DNA of 64,000 nt from Candidatus Deferrimicrobiaceae bacterium (GTDB taxonomy: Bacteria; Desulfobacterota; Deferrimicrobia; Deferrimicrobiales; Deferrimicrobiaceae): the NCBI GenBank assembly GCA_963792415.1, contig CAWBVY010000008.1, positions 43,041 to 107,040 on the forward strand, given 5' to 3'. Made by a program: the position numbers and the translations under genes. Below, in pieces: positions 8,628 to 20,437 of this stretch (position 1 is the first letter of the stretch; the number at the start of each line of letters is the position of its first letter). The notes under the pieces were generated by a model that ran no database searches, was not told the DNA's origin, and saw nothing but the letters and a program-made list of their open reading frames with translations.

Positions 8628-10959
8628 CTACGACTCCGGGAGGCCGCGGTCCCCGGGGAGGAGCTTTACCTCGATCGGCCCCTTCGCGTCCAGGTGAACG
8701 TCCCGCTGGGGGAAGGCGATGACGATCCCCGCCTGGTCGAGGGCCTCGGCGATCCGGTGGCGGAGGTCGCTGCACACGACCCGGTTGTCCTTATCATGGG
8801 CCAGCGTCAGCCAGAAGAAGGCGCGGAACATCAGCGCGTTGTCCCCGAAGCTCTCGAAGATCACCACCGGTTCCGGTGAGGCCAGGACGCGATCGTCCTC
8901 CCGGATGACGCCGAGGATCCGCCCGGACGTTTCCCGCGTCGGGGAGCCGTACGCCGCGCCCACGGCGATCTCGTAGCGCACCCTCTGGTCCGACAGCGTC
9001 CAGTTCGTCACCTTGTTCTCCATGAACTGGCTGTTCGGGACGAGCACCTCCACCCCGTCGAACCGCCGGATGTTCGAACTCCGCAGGCCGATGGACTTCA
9101 CCCGGCCGAGCTGCCCCTCCATCTCCACGACGTCCCCCACGGAGATGGTACGGTCGAACATCAGGATGACGCTGCTGATGAAGTTGCCGATGAGGTGCTG
9201 GGCCCCGAAGCCGATGCCGATGGCCAGGATGCCGCCGAAGAACGCGAAGACGGCCAGCGGGATGTTCACGAAGGTCAGCGAGAGGGGGAAGATAGGAGGA
9301 AGCGAGAAGAAGTCCCATTTCCTTTCCATCCGGTTCATGCGGGAGGCGGTCCTGCGAAGCGCCGGGCGGCGAGACGCTTCATCAGGTTCCCAATCTTCCG
9401 CGTTCCCCAGAGCCCCGCCAGCAGGATGATGAGCGCCTTCCCGACCTTCCCGACGGTGACGCTGAACGGGCGGACGATCTTCTGACCCTCGATGACCGTC
9501 GTCTCTTCCGCCACGTAGAGTTCCGTGTTCCACAGCTTCCCGAAGACGGAGAGGAGGGACTTGCCGGTCTCCCGGGCCCGGGCGGCCGTCGCGACGTGCT
9601 CCGACGCGGTAATCCAGGTCCTCCTTCCAGCGGGTGGCGACCCGTTCCACCTGGTTGATCGCCTGGACGACCTGCATCCAGAGGTTCTCGCGCTCCCGGT
9701 AGGCGGCGACCCGGGAGCGGACGGATGCCTCTTCCGCTTCCGATAGCTTCCCGGAGAGCAGCCTCTCGTTTTCGGACAGGACCAGGGGGCCGTACGAGAA
9801 GGCGGTTTTTCCGAACGCCTCCTTCCAGGAGCCGAGCCGCTTCAGCGCCTTGTCGACCTCCGACCGCTTTCCCCGCAGATCTGCCAGGTCCTCGACCTGA
9901 TCCAGCCGGTACCGGTCCTGCCAGAGCGCTTCCTCGAAATTCACGATCTTGATCGAACCCTGGTAGATCCCGATTTTCGAGGACGCCGTCTCCAGCCGGA
10001 TCCGTTCGGTCTCGCCGTCGGTTTTCGACCGGCCGGTACGGGCCTTCTCCAACGCCGCTTTCGCGGTCCCCTCCTCCTGGATGGCCGCGGCAAGGAGTTT
10101 CTCCCGGTCCTTCCTCGTCCCTTCGAGTTCCGCCAGCTTCCGGTCCAGATCCTCCCTGGAAAGAGGGGACTGGACCTCCGCGCTGCGGTACTGCTCCTCG
10201 AAGGACCGGAGTCCCTCCCGTTTGGACCGGATCTTCTCCGCCGAGAGGAGTTGTGCCACGTCCTCGGCGAGGGCACCTTCGCTGTTGACCTCGTTGCGGA
10301 GCCTCGCCAGGTCCAACTGCCGGCGCGCGCGGACCGCGCTCTCCTTCCCGGCGGATTTCTTCAGAAGGTCCTCCGCCTGGCGAAGCTGTTTCTCGGTCGC
10401 TTCGCGGGATTTCAGGAACGCGTTGAGGTTGGCCTCCCGGAGCCGCCCGCTGGATCTCGAGCGTGTCGATCTCGCTGCGCAGGGCATAGATGTAGTCATA
10501 GAGGTTGACCACGGCGGCGAGCGGATACGGAGGGGATCCCGAAAAGCCTTTCCACGCGGACCGGCCAGGATCCTCAGGGACTTCGTGCCGCAGCGTCTTG
10601 AGGTCCTTCAGGGCCTGCTCGTGCGTTTCGAGCAGGTAGACCAGCTGGAGGTTCAATCGCCGCCATTCCGCGGCTTCGTCGGGGGTCGTGCCGGGACCGG
10701 CGACGTTGTCCTGTCCCGCCGCCGACTGGAGGTGAAGTTCGCCGAGCCTCTCCTGGATCTGCCCGATCTTCCTGTCGATCTCTTCATCGGTGGCTGGAAG
10801 CGACTTCTCCGCACCGGGGGATGCCCGCCCGTCGGCCTTCTTTTCCGCCGACAGCAGGGGATTCTGCGCGCCGGTCGAAGACGCCGGGAGGAGCAGGGAA
10901 GACGTTGCGGTCAGGAACGCCAGGAAGGCGAGCGTTGCCGGATGCACGAGGCGGCGCAT
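8628..10959 (-). CDS. Large MscS-family channel with long periplasmic coiled-coil N-terminus (frameshifted)
   Basis: Signal peptide at 10959, coiled-coil body, C-terminal GIGFGAQHLIGNFISS..GDVVEMEG..VPNS..AFPQRDVH; split over several frames. Confidence 0.8.
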
Positions 10960-10962
10960 CGT

Positions 10963-12085
10963 CTATCCTTGCGCGGGCGGCGGTCCGGGAGCGGCCGGAG
11001 GGAGCGGTTCCTCCAAGTCGGGGACCGCGTTGCGGGACTCTTCAAGGACGAACAGCAGGACGGTGAGAATCAGCGGGCCGAGGATCAGCCCCATGAGCCC
11101 GTAGGCGAACAGATCCCCCGAGGATGCCGACGATCAGCAGGGGCAGGGGCATGCCGGCTTTCCCGCCGATCAGCAGGGGGCGCAGCACGTTGTCGGCGTT
11201 GCCGACCACCAGGACGCACCAGAGGAGCAGCCCCACGCCCCAGGCGGTCTGTCCCGTGAAGAACAGGTAGAGGACCCCCGGGATCCAGACGATCGCGGTC
11301 CCCACGAGCGGAATCAGCCCCGAGAACGCCATCACGGTGCCGAAGAGGAGCGGGGAGGGGAGTCCCGCGACCAGGAATCCCAACCCCCCGAGGACGCCCT
11401 GCGCGATGCAGGTCAACCCGACTCCTTTCACCACGGCTTTCGTGACCATCCCGAGGCGGGAGATCAACTCCCGGGTCCGCTCCCGGGGAAGCGGAACCAG
11501 CGCGGGCACCTCGCCGAGCAGGGACTCCCCCTGGACGTAGAAAATGCCCATGACCAGCAGCGCGAGGATCAGGTTGATGATAAACGTCAGCACGTTCGCG
11601 AGGATCGAGGTGAGCATCCCCGTGACGGCGCCGATCCCCTTCTTCATCGCGGCGGGCACCGTGTTCTTCGCATCCGCGGCGAATGCCGCGACCTGCGGCT
11701 GGACCCACTCGACGAACCGGCCGAGAAGGCCCTGGCCCCGGTACGCGTCGAGCTTGTCCAGGAATTGCTGCGCCGCGTTGTCCTGACCCGCCGTCTTTTC
11801 GATCCAGCCGTAAACGTCCGTCGCCTGCTGGCCCAGGGCGCCGATCAGCCCCACGGCCGGGATCACCAGCAGGAGGAGGACCAGCAGGACCATCAGCGTC
11901 GCCGCCGCCCCGTCTCTCCCGCCGAGTTTCCGCCGGAGTCGCTCGTAGAGCGGGAAGGTGATCACCGTCAGGACCGCCCCGACGCCGATGGCGGCCAGGA
12001 ACGGCCGGGCGAGCTGGTACACAAGATAGGCGAGAAATGCGAGCAGGGTGCAGGCGATGAAGGGTGCGATCACTCTTCGATACAT
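10963..12085 (-). CDS. AI-2E family transporter (+1 frameshift near 11113)
   Basis: IPLVGTAIVWIP, ADNVLRPLLIG, continuing in another frame as LFAYGLMGLILGP to TAG at 10963. Confidence 0.85.
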
Positions 12086-12245
12086 GACGTGGTCCTCTTC
12101 CCGTTTTTTCCGGGGTGTAATGTATCACAGGAGTCGTTCCGGGGACGGGGGACGACCGGATATTTTGCGTGCGATCAACGTGCTATGATTCGAGCTACCA
12201 CCCCGTAGCGGGGGAGGAATATAACGGAACCGATGGGAGGAAACC

Positions 12246-12797
12246 ATGCGTCCCGCAGGGAAATGGTTTGCCGCGCTGGCCGTCTTCACCCTCTGCGTTC
12301 TTGCCTTCGCCGTGCGCCCCCCCGAGGCCTTGTCGGGGGACAGCTATCTCCTGGTGAAGGCGGGCGCCTACACTCCCCAGGCGAGCGACATGGACAACTT
12401 CGGCACGGGGGCCAACGTCGGTGTCGCGGTCGGGCATTACTTCCTGCCGTTCTTATCCGGCGAATTGGAGGGCGGCTACTTCGAATCCAAGGACGGTGGG
12501 GATAAGCTCAGCGTATACCCCCTGACCCTCGCCGCGCGGCTCCGGGTCCCCCTGCCGGTCGTCAAGCCGTACGCCATCCTGGGCGGAGGAGCCTATTTCA
12601 CCACCCTGGACACCTCGGCCGGATCGAAGGATGACACCGCCTACGGGTACTTCGCGGGGGCCGGCGTGGACTTCAAGATCACGTTCCTCCTCCTGAACAT
12701 CGAGGCGAAGTACCTTTGGGTGGAGCCGTCTTTTTCCGGGACCGACAGAAATGTCGAAGGCGTGGTAGTCACGGCGGGGGTGGGGGTGGAATTCTAG
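12246..12797 (+). CDS. Small outer-membrane beta-barrel protein (OmpA/OmpW-like)
   Basis: Signal peptide, alternating beta strands, PYAILGGG, C-terminal Phe. Confidence 0.8.
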   Translation: MRPAGKWFAALAVFTLCVLAFAVRPPEALSGDSYLLVKAGAYTPQASDMDNFGTGANVGVAVGHYFLPFLSGELEGGYFESKDGGDKLSVYPLTLAARLRVPLPVVKPYAILGGGAYFTTLDTSAGSKDDTAYGYFAGAGVDFKITFLLLNIEAKYLWVEPSFSGTDRNVEGVVVTAGVGVEF

Positions 12798-12887
12798 CGT
12801 TATCACCTTTTCGTTGGGAGGCGGGCGGGAACGCGAACCGAACACGAACACGAACGGTTGGACATTCCACTCCAAGGTGACGAAATC

Positions 12888-13691
12888 ATGAAGAAGTTGC
12901 GGGCGATGGTCTTATCGGTGCTGGCATTGACTCTCGCATTCCACGGGACGGCGGCCGCCGGCACGGTCCTGGACCGTATCCAGAAGAAGGGGGAACTGGT
13001 GGTGGGGATGTCCGGGGACCAGCCGCCCCTCAACGCCACTACCCGGGACGGGAAGATCATCGGTCTCGAGGCCGACATCTCTTCGAGCATGGCCTCCGCC
13101 ATGGGGGTGAAGCTCAGGATCGCGCGCATGCCCTTTTCGGAGCTGCTGCCGGCGCTTTCGGAGGGGAAAATCGACGTGATCCTGTCCGGCATGACCATGT
13201 CGCCGGCCCGGAACCTGAAGGTGGCGTTCATCGGGCCCTACTACGTCACCGGGAAGGCCTTTCTGACGAAGAAGGAGACGATCGCCTCGCTGAAGAACGC
13301 GGACGGCATCGATTCGCCGGAGTATGTCGTGGTCGCCCTGAAAGGCTCCACCAGCCAGGCATATGTCGAAGAGGTTTTGCCCAAGGCGAAGCTTGTGACG
13401 ACGAAAAATTACGACGAGGCGCTCGACATGGTCCTCCAGGACAAGGCCCACGTGATGGTCGCGGATTACCATTACTGCGTGGTATCGGCGGTTCGCTTCA
13501 AGGAAAAAGGGTTGACCACGGTGACGGCGCCCTTCACCTTCGAGCCCATCGGCGTCGCCATGCCGGACGGGGACCCGCTTCTGGTCAACTGGATGCAGAA
13601 CTTTTTCGTCACCCTGAGCGGATCCGGGGACCTGAAGAAGATGACCGAGCGCTGGTTCACCGACGCTTCCTGGCTGAAGGAACTGCCCTGA
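12888..13691 (+). CDS. Polar amino-acid ABC substrate-binding protein (SBP family 3)
   Basis: LDRIQKKGELVVG..PP..G.IIGLEADI..GKIDVILSGMT. Confidence 0.85.
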   Translation: MKKLRAMVLSVLALTLAFHGTAAAGTVLDRIQKKGELVVGMSGDQPPLNATTRDGKIIGLEADISSSMASAMGVKLRIARMPFSELLPALSEGKIDVILSGMTMSPARNLKVAFIGPYYVTGKAFLTKKETIASLKNADGIDSPEYVVVALKGSTSQAYVEEVLPKAKLVTTKNYDEALDMVLQDKAHVMVADYHYCVVSAVRFKEKGLTTVTAPFTFEPIGVAMPDGDPLLVNWMQNFFVTLSGSGDLKKMTERWFTDASWLKELP

Positions 13692-13711
13692 GCCCACAAG
13701 GAGAGGAAACG

Positions 13712-14317
13712 ATGAAACCCTTCGCGAAACGGTTCGTGCCGTTCCTGGTGGCCTGTTTCCTTCTGCCGGCCTCCTGCGCCACGACGAAGATGACGGATGT
13801 CTCGCGGGACGAGAATTACCGGGGAACGATCCGGAAGGTCGTCGTCGTCGGGATCTTCAAGGAGCCGGACACCCGGAAGATCTTCGAGGATGAATTCGCG
13901 GACCGCCTGAGGGCACGCGGCCTGGAGGCCATCGCAAGCCGCAAACTCGTCACCGACGCCGAAATGCCGGACAAGGATCTCATGATCCGGAAGATCAGGG
14001 AATTCGGGGCGGACACCGTGGCGGTGACGAGGGTGATGGACATGGAAACCGTGAAAAACTACGTTCCGGGACAAGCCTATGCCATGCCGACGTATTACGG
14101 CTACTACGGTGCGTACTACAGTTACAGCTACCGGCCGGCGTACACGGAAACGAAGGGGTTCGCCTACATGGAAACGAACCTGTACAACACCGGCGACGAG
14201 AAACTGATCTGGTCGGGCCGCTCCACGACGAAATTGACCGAAACCCGGTATGAACTGATCCAGGCCTACGTCAAGACCATGATCGACGGGCTGGCGGAGG
14301 CCAAGCTGGTCCGGTAG
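13712..14317 (+). CDS. Lipoprotein, DUF4136-like
   Basis: Lipobox-like PASC, Tyr/Gly-rich loop, METNLY..KLIWSG. Confidence 0.6.
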   Translation: MKPFAKRFVPFLVACFLLPASCATTKMTDVSRDENYRGTIRKVVVVGIFKEPDTRKIFEDEFADRLRARGLEAIASRKLVTDAEMPDKDLMIRKIREFGADTVAVTRVMDMETVKNYVPGQAYAMPTYYGYYGAYYSYSYRPAYTETKGFAYMETNLYNTGDEKLIWSGRSTTKLTETRYELIQAYVKTMIDGLAEAKLVR

Positions 14318-14418
14318 GACAACCGTTTCAGGAACGCTTGTTCGCGAGGGCCGGGGGACTGCCGTAACGGGCGGCCCCCCCTGTTACGGCCCTCCGCCAT
14401 GCCGCGCGGGTGCGCCGG

Positions 14419-15885
14419 CTACTTCCCGGCCGGGGGGGACTCCGCGGATTCCACTCCGCGCGGCGGGCCGGTCGCCCCGGCGGTCAGTTTGTCCGCTTCC
14501 GTCACCCACCCCCCGCCCATGGCCTTGTACAGGTTGATCATGGCCTGGAACAGGACCCCCTGGTTCCGGGTGTAGCTCAGCTGGACGTTGAACAGCGTGC
14601 GCTGGGCGTCGAGCACCTCGAGGTAGCTGGAGTAGCCGTTGTCGAACCGGAGTTGGGCCAGCTCCACGTACTTCTGCAGCGCCTCCATCTGCCTGCCCTG
14701 GGCGGCCAGCTGCTCCCGCGTCCGGGCCTGGTCGGCGAGGGCGTCGTCGAATTCGCGGAACCCCGCCTGGATGGATTGCCGGTACCCGGCCAGCGCCTGC
14801 CGCTGGATCGCCTCGGCCGCCTCGACGTCGCCGGCGATCTTCCCCGCGGTGAAGATCGGCATGGTGATCGGGGCGCTGTAACTCCAGACCTGCGCGGGCC
14901 CGGTGAACAGGGTGGACAGGTCGGTGCTGGCGGACCCGTAGAAGCCGGTCAGGCTGATGGTCGGATAGTACGCGGCCTTCGCGACGCCGATCCTCGCGTT
15001 GGCGGCGATCAGGTTCTGCTCGGCCCGGAGGATGTCGGGCCGGCGCGCGAGCAGGTCCGAGGGGAGCCCGGCGGGGATCGCGGGGAGCGTCAGCTGGTCG
15101 ATGGTTTTTCCCCTCGGGATCGGCCCCGGGTTTCGCCCAAGCAGGAAGGAAAGCCCGTTCTCCTGCTGGGTGATCGCCTTCTCGACCGCCGGGATGACGG
15201 CCATCGCCTCTTCGTACTGGGACTTCACCTGGACGTACTCCACCTCGGAGGTGAACCCGCTCTCGAACCGGAGCTTGAAGATGCCCAGCGACTCCCCGCG
15301 GGTCTTCGCCGTCTCCTTTGCGATCTCCAGCTGCCGGTCGAGGTCGAGGAGGTTGACGTAGGAGCCGGCGACGGAGCCGACCAGGGAGAGGATGACGGCC
15401 CGGCGGCCTTCCTCGCTCGCGACGAGTTCCGCGCGGGCGGATTCGGTGGCCCGACGGATGCGGCCCCAGATGTCCAGTTCCCAGCCGGCGCCGAGCACGG
15501 CCGAGTAGCTGTCGAGCGTGCGGTTGTACCCCGGGGGGAGGGTGTTTCCCGTCTCCTGTGTGGTCTGCTGGCGGCCCGCCGCCGCACTGGCCCCGACCTG
15601 GGGGAAGAGGTCGGCGCGGACGAAGCCGTACCGTCCGGCGAACTCATCAACCCGCGCGGAGGCGATCTGCAGGTCCAGGTTCTCCCGGAGCGCGCTGCCG
15701 ATCAGGTTGTCGAGCACCGGGTCGTTGAACTGTCCCCACCAGGCGGTGTCGGCGACGTCCTTCGCCTGGGCGTCCGTCATGCGCCAGGCGGGGGGTGTGT
15801 CCACCGCGGGACGCACGTAGTTGGGTCCGACCGTGCATCCGCCGAGGGTCAGGGCGATCACGGACAGGAGGATCAATTTACGCAT
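14419..15885 (-). CDS. RND outer membrane efflux lipoprotein (NodT/OprM family)
   Basis: LGGCTVGPNY lipobox, WELDIWGRIRR, PSDLLARRPDI, LYKAMGGGW. Confidence 0.92.
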   Translation of the reverse strand: MRKLILLSVIALTLGGCTVGPNYVRPAVDTPPAWRMTDAQAKDVADTAWWGQFNDPVLDNLIGSALRENLDLQIASARVDEFAGRYGFVRADLFPQVGASAAAGRQQTTQETGNTLPPGYNRTLDSYSAVLGAGWELDIWGRIRRATESARAELVASEEGRRAVILSLVGSVAGSYVNLLDLDRQLEIAKETAKTRGESLGIFKLRFESGFTSEVEYVQVKSQYEEAMAVIPAVEKAITQQENGLSFLLGRNPGPIPRGKTIDQLTLPAIPAGLPSDLLARRPDILRAEQNLIAANARIGVAKAAYYPTISLTGFYGSASTDLSTLFTGPAQVWSYSAPITMPIFTAGKIAGDVEAAEAIQRQALAGYRQSIQAGFREFDDALADQARTREQLAAQGRQMEALQKYVELAQLRFDNGYSSYLEVLDAQRTLFNVQLSYTRNQGVLFQAMINLYKAMGGGWVTEADKLTAGATGPPRGVESAESPPAGK

Positions 15886-18800
15886 GGGGGCCGCCCTCCT
15901 TCCCGGCGGGATCTCCCGGCGGCGCGTGGTCTTTCGGACCCTCGTGCTTCCCGAACCGGATGGCGAACCGTTCCATCACGTAGAAGAGCACCGGGATGAG
16001 AAAGACGCCGATGGCCGTGGCGACCAGCATCCCGCCGATGACGGTGGACCCCATGACCTGCCGGGAGATGGCGCCGGCGCCGCTGGCGATGGCCAGCGGC
16101 ACGCAGCCGAGCATGAAGGCGAAGGAGGTCATCAGGATCGGCCGCAGTCGCAGCTTTGCGCCTTCCAGGGTCGCTTCCACGAGGGGCCGCCCCTTGTCGT
16201 ACTCCATCTTCGCGAACTCGACGATCAGGATGGCGTTCTTGGCGGCAAGGCCGATCAGCATGACCAGGCCGATCTGGGCGTAGACGTTGTTCTCCTGCCC
16301 CCGCAGCAGGAGGGCGCCGAAGGCGCCGGCCACGGCGAACGGGGTGCCCAGGAGGACGCTGAAGGGGAGGGACCAGCTCTCGTACTGGGCCGCCAGGATC
16401 AGGAAGACGCACAGCAGCGAGAAGGCGAAGATGACCGCCGGGGAGACCCCTTTCTGCGCCTGCTGCTCCTGGAACGACATCCCGAGGTAGTCGAACCCCA
16501 TCTCCCGCGGCATGGTCCGTGCGAAGACCTCCTCCAGGGCTTTCATCGCCTGGGCGGAGCTGAACCCCGGGGCGGCCGAGGCGTTGATCTGGGCGGACCG
16601 GTACAGGTTGTACCGCATGGTGAACTCCGGCCCCGCGATGTTGCGGGCCGACGTGAGCGCCGAGAGCGGGACCGTCTGCCCCTCGTTGTTGCGCACGTAG
16701 AATTGCCCAACGGACTCCGCCTTGGTGCGGTACTCCCCCTCCGCCTGGACGTAGACCTGCCACTGGCGGCCGAACCGGTTGAAGTAGTTGACGAAGCCGC
16801 TTCCCAGGAAGACCTGGAGGGTCTTGTACACGTCGGAGAGGTTGACGCCCTGCTTCAGCACCTTGTCCCGGTCCACGTCCAGAAAGATCTGGGGCACCGA
16901 GGGGAGGAACGTGGTGCTGACGCTGGCCAGTTCGGGGCGTTTCCGCGCCGCCTCCATGAACTTGTTGACGTTCTCAGCGAGGAACGGGATGTCCTTGCCG
17001 GCCCGGTCCTCGAGGATGAACGTGACCCCTCCCGAAGTGCCGATGCCGGGGATGGCGGGCGGTGGGAAGGCGAAGCCGATGGCCCCCGGGATCTTCCGCA
17101 GCTCGTCGGAGATGTGGTCCTTGATCGCGTTGTACTGCTCTTCGGGTTTTTTCCGCTTCGCCCACTCCTCCAGGTTGATGAAGAAGAAGGTGCTGTAGGT
17201 GCTGCTGACGTTGCTCAGCATGTTGTACCCGACGACGGTGGCGCAATCCTTCACCCCCGGCGTCTTCCGGATGATCTCCTCGGCCGTCCGGGCGATATCG
17301 TCGGTGCGCTGCAGGGAGGCGGCGTTCGGGAGCTGGATGCCGGCGAAGAGGTACCCCTGGTCCTCCTCGGGGAGGAAGCTGGTGGCGATCGACTTTCCGA
17401 GAAATCCGGTCAGCACCACCACCCCGACCAGGAAGAGGAGGCTCACCCCGCTCTTCCGGATCGCCAGGTCGCAGGTGCTGACGTACCCGTTCGTGGCCCG
17501 GCCGAAGAGCCGGTTGAACCCGTCGTAGAACTTCTGCAGGAGGCCGGTTCCCCTCACCTTCGGTTTCAGCAGCATCGCCGCAAGCGCCGGGCTCAGGGTC
17601 AGGGCGTTGAACGCCGAGAGGATGACCGAGACGGCGATCGTCACGGCGAACTGCTGGTACAGCCTCCCCGTGATTCCCGGGATGAAGGCGGTCGGGATGA
17701 ACACGGCGGACAGGATGATCGCGATCGCGATGACCGGCCCGGACACCTCCTCCATCGCCTTGAGGGCCGCCTCCTTCGGGGCCATGCCGTGTTCGATGTG
17801 GTGTTCCACCGCCTCGACGACGACGATGGCGTCGTCCACGACGAGCCCGATGGCGAGGACCAGCCCGAAGAGCGACAGGGTGTTGATGGAGAAGCCGAAG
17901 AGCGGGAAGAGGGCGAAGGTCCCCACCAGCGACACCGGGACCGCCAGGAGCGGGATGAGCGTCGCCCGCCACCCCTGGAGGAAGATGAACACCACGATGA
18001 TCACGAGGATGAGCGCCTCGAAGAGGGTGTGGACGATCTCGGTGATCCCCTCGGAGACCGCCAGGGTGGTGTCGAGGCAGACCGTGTAGTCCAGGTCGTC
18101 GGGGAAGCGGGTTTTCAGCTCTTCCATCAATTTCCGGGTGCCGCGTGCGGCCTCGAGGGCGTTGGTGCCCGGCATCTGGTAGAGGGCGATCAGCGCCGCC
18201 GGCTTCCCGTTGAGGCGGGTGTTCTGGCTGTACGTCTGCGCGCCCAGTTCGACGCGGGCCACGTCCTTCAGGCGGAGGATGGAGCCGTCGGGGTTGGCGC
18301 GGACCACGATCCGGCCGAACTCCTCCTCGGTCTCGAGCCGCCCCTGCGCGCGGACCGCGTACGTGAACTCCTGCCCCTTGGGAACCGGCTCCGCGCCGAC
18401 CTGCCCGGCGGGGTTCACCTTGTTCTGCGCGTTGATGGCGTTGACGATCTCGGGGATCGTGACGTTGAGCTTGGCCAGCTGGTCCGGCTTCACCCAGAAG
18501 CGCATGGCGTACTGGCCGGCGCCGAACACGGAGACGCTGGCGATCCCCTTCACCCGGGTCATCTGGTCGTTGATGTTGATGTAGGCGTAGTTGGCCAGGA
18601 AGACGCTGTCGTAGGTCCCTTTCGGCGAGTAGAGGGCGAACATGATCAGCGGGGAGGCGGTGGACTTCAGGACCGTCACGCCGTAATCGCGCACTTCCGT
18701 CGGCAGCTGGGACGCCGCCTGCCCTTGCCGCATGTACGAGAGCACCTGGTCGATGCTCGTGTCCGTCTTGACGTCGAAGTTGACCTTCAGCGTCATCTGC

Positions 18801-19057
18801 CCGTTGTTGGCGTTCGTGGAGTACATGTAGGCCATGTCGTCCACGCCGGACATCTGCTGCTCGATCGGGGTGGCCACCGACTGCTCGACCGTGAGGGCGT
18901 CCGCGCCGGTGTACGTGGTCGCCACCTGGATCTCGGGCGGGACGATGTTGGGGAACTGGGCGACGGGGAGCCCCGTCATGGCGACCGCACCGATGATCAC
19001 CATGAGGATGGCGATCACCATGGCCACGATCGGGCGGTTGATGAAGAATTTGGCCAT
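15878..19057 (-). CDS. HAE1 RND efflux permease (AcrB/MexB family)
   Basis: MAKFFINRPI, GLVVDDAIVVVE, AKNAILIVEFA, RLRPILMTS. Confidence 0.95.
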   Translation of the reverse strand: MAKFFINRPIVAMVIAILMVIIGAVAMTGLPVAQFPNIVPPEIQVATTYTGADALTVEQSVATPIEQQMSGVDDMAYMYSTNANNGQMTLKVNFDVKTDTSIDQVLSYMRQGQAASQLPTEVRDYGVTVLKSTASPLIMFALYSPKGTYDSVFLANYAYININDQMTRVKGIASVSVFGAGQYAMRFWVKPDQLAKLNVTIPEIVNAINAQNKVNPAGQVGAEPVPKGQEFTYAVRAQGRLETEEEFGRIVVRANPDGSILRLKDVARVELGAQTYSQNTRLNGKPAALIALYQMPGTNALEAARGTRKLMEELKTRFPDDLDYTVCLDTTLAVSEGITEIVHTLFEALILVIIVVFIFLQGWRATLIPLLAVPVSLVGTFALFPLFGFSINTLSLFGLVLAIGLVVDDAIVVVEAVEHHIEHGMAPKEAALKAMEEVSGPVIAIAIILSAVFIPTAFIPGITGRLYQQFAVTIAVSVILSAFNALTLSPALAAMLLKPKVRGTGLLQKFYDGFNRLFGRATNGYVSTCDLAIRKSGVSLLFLVGVVVLTGFLGKSIATSFLPEEDQGYLFAGIQLPNAASLQRTDDIARTAEEIIRKTPGVKDCATVVGYNMLSNVSSTYSTFFFINLEEWAKRKKPEEQYNAIKDHISDELRKIPGAIGFAFPPPAIPGIGTSGGVTFILEDRAGKDIPFLAENVNKFMEAARKRPELASVSTTFLPSVPQIFLDVDRDKVLKQGVNLSDVYKTLQVFLGSGFVNYFNRFGRQWQVYVQAEGEYRTKAESVGQFYVRNNEGQTVPLSALTSARNIAGPEFTMRYNLYRSAQINASAAPGFSSAQAMKALEEVFARTMPREMGFDYLGMSFQEQQAQKGVSPAVIFAFSLLCVFLILAAQYESWSLPFSVLLGTPFAVAGAFGALLLRGQENNVYAQIGLVMLIGLAAKNAILIVEFAKMEYDKGRPLVEATLEGAKLRLRPILMTSFAFMLGCVPLAIASGAGAISRQVMGSTVIGGMLVATAIGVFLIPVLFYVMERFAIRFGKHEGPKDHAPPGDPAGKEGGPHA

Positions 19058-19064
19058 GCCGGGC

Positions 19065-20283
19065 CTACTTCTTCTCGCCCTTGGCGGGGGCGGGCGGCGG
19101 GGTTGCCGGCTTCGCTTCGCCTTCCGCGGCGGCGTGCGTCGGGTTGACGCGAACCCCGGTCTTTACCTTCTGGACCCCCTCGACCACGACCCTCTCGCCG
19201 GGTTTCAATCCCTCGTCGATGACCCACAGGGAGCCGACCCGCTCCGCGGGAGTGACCGGCCGGAGCTCGACGACGTTGTCACTGCCCACCACCGCGACGA
19301 GGAACTTCCCCTGCACCTCCGTCACCGCGCGCTGCGGGACCAGCAGCGCCCCCTTCTTCGTCTCCATGGTCGCCCGGACGGTTCCGTACTGGCCGGGGCG
19401 CAGCAGGTTGCCCGGGTTGGGGAAGAGCGCCCCGACCCGGATCGTGCCGGTCTTCACGTCGACCTGCCGGTCCGACAGGGAGAACTTCCCTTTGTGGGGG
19501 TGGACGCTGCCGTCGGCGAGGATCAGTTCGAGCGGGATGGCGTCCGCGGACCGTTCTCCTCCCCGTTTGTCCCTTCCCCGCCGGAACTTCATGTACTCCT
19601 GTTCGCTGACCGCGATGTACGCCTTGATGGGGTCCACCGTCGACACGGCGGTCAGTTCCTGGATCTGTCCCGGGCCCACCAGGTTCCCGATCTGGGCCTT
19701 CGCGATGCCGGCGATGCCGTCCACCGGCGAGGCGATCCGCGTGAACCCCAGGTTCAGACGCGCGGTCTCCAGCTGTGCCTTCGCGCTTTCGACGGACGCC
19801 CGGGTCGACAGTTCGGCGCCGATGCTGTCGTCCAGGTCCTTCTGGCTTACGGCGTTCTTCTCCGCCAGCGGCCTGACGCGGGCCAGGTTCGCCTTGGCCG
19901 TTTCCCAGCGCGCTTCCGCCTGGGCCAGGGAGCCCGCGGCCGCGTCCACGGCGGCCTGGAAGGTGCGCGGGTCGATCTCGAAGAGGACCTGCCCCTTCCG
20001 CACGAGTTCCCCTTCCCGGTAATCCTGCTTCACCAGGTAGCCGGTCACCTGGGCCTGGATCGTCGCGTTCACCAGCCCGTCGGTGGTTCCGACCCACTCC
20101 GTGTAGATCGGGACGTCCTTCCGGATCACCTCCGACACCACGACGGCCGGGGGTGGCGGCGCCGCCGCCTTCTCCTCCTTGCCGCATCCGGCCGCGAGAA
20201 GCAGCGCCAGGCAGGACCCGACGAAGGCGGAACGTCGAAGGATACCGGGACAGGGAAGCACGTCGCATTCCAGGGAGAAACAT
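19065..20283 (-). CDS. RND periplasmic adaptor (MFP), probable +1 frameshift in the signal region
   Basis: RBS GGAGG plus ATG 20283; LAAGC lipobox; VRKGQVLFEIDP, TRIASPVDG, LRPGQY. Confidence 0.88.
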
Positions 20284-20437
20284 AGACCCTCCTGCAACCG
20301 GAAATTCTTGATGGGATGAATCTTTTCCCCGCGATGCAAACGACCGATCGCCTTCGCAGAACGCGTTATTTTGACATCGTTCCATGAGCGCGACAAGGGG
20401 GTCCGCACTCCTCCCCTTATTTGCGAACGTGCGGGCG

